NCBI GenBank assembly: GCA_001940985.1
Contig: MSHB01000022.1
Coordinates: 35,393 to 99,392, forward strand
Reading direction: 5' to 3'
DNA length: 64,000 nt
Source of the DNA: Mollicutes bacterium Phil14
GTDB taxonomy: Bacteria; Bacillota_I; Bacilli_A; ML615J-28; CAG-698
The translations under genes were made by a program, and so were the position numbers. Of this stretch, positions 18,016-24,773 are shown piece by piece. The first letter of the stretch is position 1, and the number at the start of each line of letters is the position of its first letter. The notes beneath the pieces were generated by a model. It was not told where the DNA came from, made no database searches, and worked only from the letters and a program-made list of their open reading frames with translations.

Positions 18016-19572
18016 TTAGCTATTTTTAATAAAATTTTGAATACAATTAATACTTTCTAAGCAAGTATTTTTACCAAACAATTTGTCAAGTAAAGTAATT
18101 AATTGATTTAATTCTTCATGTAAGAAACTTAAATTTAAAGTTTCAAATTTTCTTATAACTTTATATGCCAAAAAGTAATCTAAACCTTGAACATCAGTTC
18201 CACCACACGCTACATAAACTGGAACAAATGTATTAATTTGTTTCATAATACGATTACCAAAAGTTATCTTAAACTCTTTAGTAATAAATTCATCTAGTTT
18301 TTGAATCTTTTCCACTAATTTCGCATCAAGTGGATATGCTTTTATTCCTTCTTGAAAAAGGTGCTCCATATATTCATAATTCATATTAACATTTTCTGTG
18401 TATGGTGCATCAATTAATTCAGCACGGGCATCCATTTCAATAGTTGTTGCACGATCATAAACTTTATCAGTAATTGTAAATGTTGAATCATCACGGTTAG
18501 CTGTACCAACAAACCAAACATTTTGAGGAATCAATAATTTTCCATCAACTAGTTTCTTAGGATCATTTGCTAAAGTATCTGGAACCAAATCTATTTTCCA
18601 TTCATTCTTATCTGGCATTTCCATTATTGATAAAAACTCAGCAAAATAATACTCAATTCTAGCTAAATTCATTTCATCTAAAATAATGAAATTCATATCA
18701 TCGCGATAGCTAGTTTCATAAACAGCTTTCAAAAAATCAGTTTCATTAAACTTTTTAGTGAATTCATTCAAATATCCAATTAACTCAGTTCTATCTCTCC
18801 ATGAAGGTTGAACAGAACAAATTGCCGCATCGTTTTTAAAAAACTTTCCCATCGCATACGGTAAAGATGTTTTACCAGTACCAGATATACCTTGTAAAAT
18901 CAAAATTTTGCTTGTGGCAAGTCCAGCGAAATATGCTCTAATAACTTTTTTATCATAATACAAATGTAATTGTGACGCTGAAAAATTAATAAATCTATTA
19001 ACTAATTCTTGTAAATTAAGCATATCATCAGGTCCCATCATAATTGATGTAATCTTTGTTTTGTATTCTTCATCAACAGCACTAAGTTTAATAAATCTTA
19101 AATCGCTAACAACTTTTTTGTCTTTAGACATTTCATTAGTAAGATTTTCTTCATCACTTTTTTCAGAATAATTATTCACACCACCAAGACCTAAATTAGA
19201 AACCTTTAATGCTAAAATCTTATTCTTTTCATCAATCAATTCTGCAGTCTTAGTATTTAATTGTGATACTTCTTCTAATAAGTCATCTTTCTCTATTTCT
19301 CTTCTTACAAATCTAACATATCTTCTAAGAATTTGGAAAATTCTCAAACCTAAGAAAATAAAGAAAGCAACTATTATAAGCATTGTAATAATTTCACAAA
19401 TCCAATCAAGAGCATTAAACTCATTACTGCCATTGATTAAATCTTCAAAATAACTAACAATATCTTTAAAAAATGCATGAGAAAATGCCTCCCATAATCT
19501 TACAAAGAACATCTTGAAATTATAGAAAAATGTTCTTAAAAAACCTATGAAATACCTAGCGAAGTTTACCAT
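18016..19572 (-). CDS. Membrane-anchored McrB-family (AAA_5) GTPase/ATPase.
   Basis: 518 aa. N-terminal TM (ITMLIIVAFFIFLGLRIF). Walker A ILQGISGTGKTS. McrB-type Walker B with NxxD region FIILDEMNLARIEYYFAEFL (compare McrB IDEINRANxxxxFGEL). Sensor motif VWFVGTANRDDSTFTITDKVYDRATTIEM (compare McrB IIGTMNTADRS). Confidence 0.7.
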   Translation of the reverse strand: MVNFARYFIGFLRTFFYNFKMFFVRLWEAFSHAFFKDIVSYFEDLINGSNEFNALDWICEIITMLIIVAFFIFLGLRIFQILRRYVRFVRREIEKDDLLEEVSQLNTKTAELIDEKNKILALKVSNLGLGGVNNYSEKSDEENLTNEMSKDKKVVSDLRFIKLSAVDEEYKTKITSIMMGPDDMLNLQELVNRFINFSASQLHLYYDKKVIRAYFAGLATSKILILQGISGTGKTSLPYAMGKFFKNDAAICSVQPSWRDRTELIGYLNEFTKKFNETDFLKAVYETSYRDDMNFIILDEMNLARIEYYFAEFLSIMEMPDKNEWKIDLVPDTLANDPKKLVDGKLLIPQNVWFVGTANRDDSTFTITDKVYDRATTIEMDARAELIDAPYTENVNMNYEYMEHLFQEGIKAYPLDAKLVEKIQKLDEFITKEFKITFGNRIMKQINTFVPVYVACGGTDVQGLDYFLAYKVIRKFETLNLSFLHEELNQLITLLDKLFGKNTCLESINCIQNFIKNS

Positions 19573-19599
19573 AATTTATCCTCTTTCAAGAAGAAATAA

Positions 19600-20391
19600 T
19601 TACTCTTTTATTTCTTCATTTTTTTCTTTTTTTTCCAATTCTGCTAGAAGTTCAGCACGCATCTTTTCTTTTTCATTTTCTAATTCAGCTTTAATGCGAG
19701 CAAGTTCATCTTCATGTTCCTTCATCATTGTTTCTTTATTCTTATGATTTTTAATTCTTAAAAAATTCATTACAAGCATTATTGCTTCAAAAACAAAGAA
19801 CAATGCCGTTGGCAATACTATACAAAGCAAGAATCCATTTGATGTTTGCAAGAACTTCATTGTATTGCCTGCACCAGTCCATTTACCAGTATAAACAGCT
19901 TTAATATCTTCATATGATATAGTTTCAAATTTAGCACTACTTAAGTTATCAGGATCATATTTGTATGCAGGGTTCATAGCATATTTATCACCTTGAGTTC
20001 TTATATATTGCTTACCATCACTACCTGTAGAAAAATCTACAATTCTGTGGGTATTAAGAATTGTTCTTCCTATCTCATCAGAATAATAGGCAAATGTAAC
20101 TATATCTCCAATTTCTAATTTACTAACTATTTTTTCTCTATTTTTTTCAGTTATAACTTTAACAAAGATTAAATCTTTTGGAGTAAATGAATCTTCTTCT
20201 TCTCCATCCATTGACGAAGTTTGAACTGTTAAATATCCTTTACCAAAAATACTTGGAATATCTAATTCAGTCTTCATTCCTAAATTACTAATTGAAAATA
20301 TTAATAATATTGCAACGAATAGATAAAACACACAATTCAATACAACACTAACAACCTCCCACCATTTTTTTTCTTTTTTCTCTTCTAACAT
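19600..20391 (-). CDS. Divergent SipW-type signal peptidase paralog with a C-terminal TM and coiled-coil tail.
   Basis: 263 aa. N-terminal TM, Ser box YLTVQTSSMDGEEED (the SM is retained but the usual EP is replaced by DG plus an acidic insert), His box NTHRIVDF, then a TM and a K/E-rich coiled coil. Confidence 0.6.
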   Translation of the reverse strand: MLEEKKEKKWWEVVSVVLNCVFYLFVAILLIFSISNLGMKTELDIPSIFGKGYLTVQTSSMDGEEEDSFTPKDLIFVKVITEKNREKIVSKLEIGDIVTFAYYSDEIGRTILNTHRIVDFSTGSDGKQYIRTQGDKYAMNPAYKYDPDNLSSAKFETISYEDIKAVYTGKWTGAGNTMKFLQTSNGFLLCIVLPTALFFVFEAIMLVMNFLRIKNHKNKETMMKEHEDELARIKAELENEKEKMRAELLAELEKKEKNEEIKE

Positions 20392-20419
20392 ATTGTCCTC
20401 TTTCTAAAACGAAGTTTTA

Positions 20420-20454
20420 TGTATAACAGAGGCAATTAAATGCTTCTGTTATAC
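20420..20454 (-). promoter_or_regulatory. Intra-operon stem-loop (13-bp stem) between the TasA-like genes and the downstream SipW paralog.
   Basis: Minus-strand GUAUAACAGAAGC-AUUUAAUU-GCCUCUGUUAUAC with one mismatch. No U-tract follows, so it is a candidate partial terminator, attenuator or processing site. Confidence 0.35.
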
Positions 20455-20478
20455 ATATTTAATTTTTAAAATATTTTA

Positions 20479-21381
20479 TTAATTTTCACCTAATGTTAAA
20501 CCTAATTTTACTGATAAAATTTGTTTGTATAATGCGTTAATGCAATCATAATCATATCCTTCAAGCCATACAATTACTGTAACTTTTGTAGCTGTTTTTG
20601 AAACAGTACCTAATTTTATATCAGCAGTTCCATTAATTGCTTGTGTAGTATAATTAGTTGAAGCAGGAATATTTGTACTAGTAATTTCAGTTCTAGCCTT
20701 TAAGTAGCCCATTGCTCCAGTTGTATCAGTGTTTGTTTGTAATCCGGCTGTATTATCATTTTGGCCAGCGCCTTTTTCTAAAATAACAGCAGTATTAGTT
20801 CCTAATTTCACCATAACTCTAGCGGCGTTACTAACTTTAAATTTTTCTGTTGCTGTACCTTGCTTAATATCATCACCAACAGTCTTATCAGGTGTCCAAG
20901 AAGAGTTATTACCAGCACCTTCAGTAATTAAAGAATTTGATAAATCTAAATATAATTCTTCTGTATCTTTAGAAGAATCTTGAGCTAATCTAACAGAAAA
21001 TTCTAATTTTAAAATACCAGCAGTTCCTAATATATCTTTAGCATCAGCTAAAGTTCCAATATCAGTTAATGATGCAGATTTTTTTACTGAATCAATTGCA
21101 AATTTTTTAAATTTGCCGTCATTATATGTAACATCGTTAAATGAAACAAAGTTTGCGCTCTTTAAATTAGTGAAATCATCAGAAGTGATTGAAGTTTTCC
21201 AATTAGTATCATCTATACTTACTTCAATACTTCCATCACCAGCTTTAACGCTACCTTCAAATGGATCTACAGAAGCAGTTCTACTTACTACTAACCATGC
21301 ATAAGTACTTGTTCCTAATGCTATAACTGCAAATGCTACAGCAAGACATGCAATAAATAATTTTCTTGATAATTTTTTCAT
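20479..21381 (-). CDS. TasA/camelysin-like secreted protein.
   Basis: 300 aa. N-terminus ...AVIALGTSTYAWLVVSRTAS. The C-terminal VIVWLEGYDYDCINALY motif is shared with the 329-aa and 232-aa paralogs. Confidence 0.6.
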   Translation of the reverse strand: MKKLSRKLFIACLAVAFAVIALGTSTYAWLVVSRTASVDPFEGSVKAGDGSIEVSIDDTNWKTSITSDDFTNLKSANFVSFNDVTYNDGKFKKFAIDSVKKSASLTDIGTLADAKDILGTAGILKLEFSVRLAQDSSKDTEELYLDLSNSLITEGAGNNSSWTPDKTVGDDIKQGTATEKFKVSNAARVMVKLGTNTAVILEKGAGQNDNTAGLQTNTDTTGAMGYLKARTEITSTNIPASTNYTTQAINGTADIKLGTVSKTATKVTVIVWLEGYDYDCINALYKQILSVKLGLTLGEN

Positions 21382-21411
21382 TTCTCTTTTTTCCTTTCAA
21401 ATTTTTAATCA

Positions 21412-22401
21412 TTAATAAGTTTTTTTAGGGGAATAACTTGAACCCATAAATTTTAATTGAACCATTACATTATCTGCAAATATTGCATTAAAGCAATCTG
21501 CATCCCAACCTTCAAGCCATATGTTAACTTTTACTTTTGCTACGTAACTTGGTGTGCCGTCACTATTTATAACTTTTTGAAACCTTGCACACATTGAATC
21601 ATCAGTTTTTGCCTCATATGGATTTTTAAATGTTGTTAGAGAATACTTGGTGTTTGGATATTCTTTAGGAGGATTAAGAATAGTCAATCTTTTTGAATAA
21701 TACTCAAAAGCTCCTGTTTGTACTCCATAACCCATTTTTTCATTTTCACTCGGATCATAAATAATCGAAAGCAAATCTTCTTTTTCATTAACACCAAACT
21801 CATTTTCCAAATTTTCTTCTATGATTGCAATTCTTATTGCGTTTGCAGCATAGTAAGACCCAATTGAACCCTTTTTTATATCTTCTTCTCCATAAGAGAA
21901 GTCAATATCAGATACCCATTTAACCCCCTTCGACACAACAAATGTACCATCAACTTTTTTTGTTTTTGCAATTTCATATGTTATTTCATGACTAACATTA
22001 TCCACCAAAAACAATTCTTTACTTGTTGGATTATCTGTTTTAAACCATAAATCAAAAGATATATAATTATCTTTAGCATCCTTGATTTCTTCACCTTGTT
22101 TAGTAAAGAATTTCTTTCCATCAAGCGAAGTAACATTATATAACTTCGGATTTTTACCAATGATTTTTTCTAAATCTTCTTGTTTTAAACATTCAGAATA
22201 ATTCTTTCCATCAAGTGATACATAAAAACCCGATTCCGCTATAACATTAAGTTGTGCATCTTCAAGTAGCGCTTCATTACTCAATGTTATCCAAGCAAAT
22301 GTTGCTTGACTAAATGCTAAAAACGAAAACATTACTGCGAAAAGTGAAAAATAAAATTTTCTTGTTATATTTTGAATTATATTATTTTTCATCTTTCTCA
22401 C
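21412..22401 (-). CDS. TasA/camelysin-like secreted protein.
   Basis: 329 aa. N-terminus ...FLAFSQATFAWITLSNE. C-terminal VNIWLEGWDADCFNAIF. Confidence 0.6.
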   Translation of the reverse strand: MRKMKNNIIQNITRKFYFSLFAVMFSFLAFSQATFAWITLSNEALLEDAQLNVIAESGFYVSLDGKNYSECLKQEDLEKIIGKNPKLYNVTSLDGKKFFTKQGEEIKDAKDNYISFDLWFKTDNPTSKELFLVDNVSHEITYEIAKTKKVDGTFVVSKGVKWVSDIDFSYGEEDIKKGSIGSYYAANAIRIAIIEENLENEFGVNEKEDLLSIIYDPSENEKMGYGVQTGAFEYYSKRLTILNPPKEYPNTKYSLTTFKNPYEAKTDDSMCARFQKVINSDGTPSYVAKVKVNIWLEGWDADCFNAIFADNVMVQLKFMGSSYSPKKTY

Positions 22402-23080
22402 CAGAATCGATTGCTGAGAATTTCATTTGAATCTTAATCTGACCACCTAATATATCACTTGTTGTATCAGGATCTTGACCTTCTAGCCACATAAATACTG
22501 TATATTTTATTACTTGGTCAGGAAAGAAACCATAAATCTTATCACGCATTATCAATCTTTCATTAACAAATTCTAAACAATCAGGGATATCTTCATACTG
22601 TGCTTCTTTATCATCTTTTGCCATAAATAACATTTCTCGAGAGACACCATCAATTTCTGTAATCACCATAAACCTTATTGCTTTATCAACATTTTTCTTA
22701 ACAGAAGTTATTTGAACATAATAACGCAAATCCGTTGACTGACTACCAAAATTTTTAACATAGAAAGTATATGCCAAATATTTAAAATTTGGATCATTAT
22801 AACTTCCTTCTGCTTTCTTAGCTTCTTCAATATTTAGCATCGTGTATGTTATATCTCTAGCATCGTAAACCGCATCAGCTTGTATTAAAGAGCTAGGATT
22901 AATAAAATCTTTAGTCTGTGACATATATATTTGTTTTTCTTTTAAGTCAGGATCAATTGACATAACAAAATTACCAACATTAGATCCATAAAATGTTAAT
23001 ACTGCAATTATAACTAGTGCTATTCCAAAAACAGTTATTCCCATTTGAAGAAACTTTTTATTCTTAAAAAATGCATTCAT
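22382..23080 (-). CDS. Secreted or anchored protein of the same paralog family (shared C-terminal motif). It is the first gene downstream of riboswitch copy B.
   Basis: 232 aa. N-terminal TM. C-terminal YTVFMWLEGQDPDTTSDILGGQIKIQMKF aligns with the IWLEGWDxDC motif of the 300- and 329-aa paralogs. GAGGTGGTGAG ribosome-binding site. Confidence 0.5.
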   Translation of the reverse strand: MNAFFKNKKFLQMGITVFGIALVIIAVLTFYGSNVGNFVMSIDPDLKEKQIYMSQTKDFINPSSLIQADAVYDARDITYTMLNIEEAKKAEGSYNDPNFKYLAYTFYVKNFGSQSTDLRYYVQITSVKKNVDKAIRFMVITEIDGVSREMLFMAKDDKEAQYEDIPDCLEFVNERLIMRDKIYGFFPDQVIKYTVFMWLEGQDPDTTSDILGGQIKIQMKFSAIDSGEKDEK

Positions 23081-23087
23081 TATGTCT

Positions 23088-23217
23088 CACCACCTCACTT
23101 GAAACAAAAAAGCCAGAAATCTCCACAAAAAATTTGAGATAACTGGCTACCATTTCAGGCCCTATAGCTTTGCGTCACAACCTTTCGATTGCTTTGCCTT
23201 TAACATATACGCTTATT
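23088..23217 (-). promoter_or_regulatory. c-di-GMP-I (GEMM) riboswitch, copy B, with a terminator-type expression platform.
   Basis: Minus-strand aptamer AAAGGCAAAGCAAUCGAAAGGUUGUGACGCAAAGCUAUAGGGCCUGAAAUGGUAGCCAGUU. It contains GGCAAA, a hairpin with a GAAA loop and GACGCAAAGCUAUAGGG. Then comes the hairpin GCCAGUUAUCUC...GGAGAUUUCUGGC followed by UUUUUUGUUU. The terminator's 5' arm overlaps the aptamer's 3' end. Confidence 0.85.
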
Positions 23218-23243
23218 ATACTATGTTTTGGGCTATTTGTCAA
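23215..23243 (-). promoter_or_regulatory. Near-consensus sigma-A promoter (TTGACA, 17 nt, TATAAT) driving riboswitch B and its operon.
   Basis: Minus-strand TTGACAaatagcccaaaacatagTATAAT. The riboswitch GGCAAAG begins about 16 nt after the -10 element. Confidence 0.7.
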
Positions 23244-23280
23244 GAAACACTTACATATTCTCAACATATTTTTCCTACTT

Positions 23281-24753
23281 TTAATCTTCTTCAGTAGTTT
23301 CAATATTTTCTTCTTTCATAATTGGAGAAATTAAGCTCTTTAAACTTCCTTCATTATTAATGTAATTTACTACATCTTCTTGAGGAAGAGGTTTAGAAAA
23401 ATAAAATCCTTGAGCGTATTCAATACCAAATTTTTTAATTTTTTCAACTAATTCGTAGTTTTCTATTCCTTCACAAATAATAAATTTGTTACTGCTTTTA
23501 GCCAAATCTACTAATAGTTCTATATACTTATCTTGAATGAAAGACTCCTCATAGTCAAAAAAAGTTTTATCTAATTTAATAATATCTATAGGAGAATTAC
23601 CTAGTTTTACTAATGTCTTTTGATCAAGACCAACACCATCAACTGCTACTTTGAAACCAAGTTCTTTTAAGTCATTAATATTTTTATATACTATTTCATG
23701 ACGTTCAAACATCGCAAACTCAGCAATTTCAATTGTAATTGCATTAACTGGTATTTTATACTTTTTAGCAACATTTTGGAAAGTAACACCTAAGTTTTCA
23801 CTCACTAATTGTTTGGGGCTTAAATTAAATGATAATTGTAAATTTTTATGAATAAATTGCTTTTTAAGTTCGATATACTCTCTTATCAAAGCTTCAATTC
23901 CCCATATACCAACACCATTAATATCACCTGACTGTTCTAAAATATTAATAAAACTACCTGGATATAAAATACCTAGAGTTGGATGCTTCCACCTAAGCAG
24001 TGCTTCAAATCCATAAATATTATTTTCAGAAATGTTGATAATTGGCTGATAATATAAACAAAATTGATGTTCTTTTATCGCTTGTTTAATTTCATAATAC
24101 AATTGTAAATTTTCAGTATCATTTTTATCGCATTCATCACTATAAATAGTTACATTATTTCCACCACTATTTTTACAATTGAAAACAGCTAAATCTAAAC
24201 TTTTCATTAATTGCTTTAAATTGTGTCCATGATTAGGATAGAAGGCAACACCCACACTTATAGTTGGATTAATGATTGTATCAGAATATATCTTTATATC
24301 AACAGATGCCGCCTCACAAATTTTATTGGCACACTTTAAAACTTCATTTTTATCATAATCTTCTTTAACTAATATTAGAAACCTATCGTCACTAATTCTA
24401 CCAATTAAAGTCCTATTAGGTAAAACACTTCTAATATTTTTAATACTCTCATTTAGTACCTTTTTTCCATTTCCTTCACCAAAAGCATTTTGGATTTCTG
24501 TCATCTTATCATAATCAATCAAAATTAGAGAAAAGAACATATCACTAGGTAATTTGCTAATATAACTGTTTATTGAAGATATTATTTCATTTCTCTTTAA
24601 TACTCCTTCAACAAGACCCGCAACTTCGTTGTGATAATTATGTTTTTCCTTTTTCACTTTAATATATAGTAAAACACCTAAACCGGCTATTATCAATAGA
24701 GCAATCACTGAAAATAAAACATATGCTCCACTATTCCAATTTGCTAAAAACAT
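23281..24753 (-). CDS. Membrane-anchored protein with a degenerate GGDEF domain and an EAL domain. Possible c-di-GMP phosphodiesterase or c-di-GMP-binding regulator.
   Basis: 490 aa. N-terminal TM. The GGDEF position reads RISDDRF (degenerate). The EAL domain has YYQPIINIS...GFEALLRW, but the DDFGTG metal-binding motif reads DGVGLD, so its activity is uncertain. Confidence 0.75.
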   Translation of the reverse strand: MFLANWNSGAYVLFSVIALLIIAGLGVLLYIKVKKEKHNYHNEVAGLVEGVLKRNEIISSINSYISKLPSDMFFSLILIDYDKMTEIQNAFGEGNGKKVLNESIKNIRSVLPNRTLIGRISDDRFLILVKEDYDKNEVLKCANKICEAASVDIKIYSDTIINPTISVGVAFYPNHGHNLKQLMKSLDLAVFNCKNSGGNNVTIYSDECDKNDTENLQLYYEIKQAIKEHQFCLYYQPIINISENNIYGFEALLRWKHPTLGILYPGSFINILEQSGDINGVGIWGIEALIREYIELKKQFIHKNLQLSFNLSPKQLVSENLGVTFQNVAKKYKIPVNAITIEIAEFAMFERHEIVYKNINDLKELGFKVAVDGVGLDQKTLVKLGNSPIDIIKLDKTFFDYEESFIQDKYIELLVDLAKSSNKFIICEGIENYELVEKIKKFGIEYAQGFYFSKPLPQEDVVNYINNEGSLKSLISPIMKEENIETTEED

Positions 24754-24773
24754 AACTTTTCTCCTTTTTGTAA

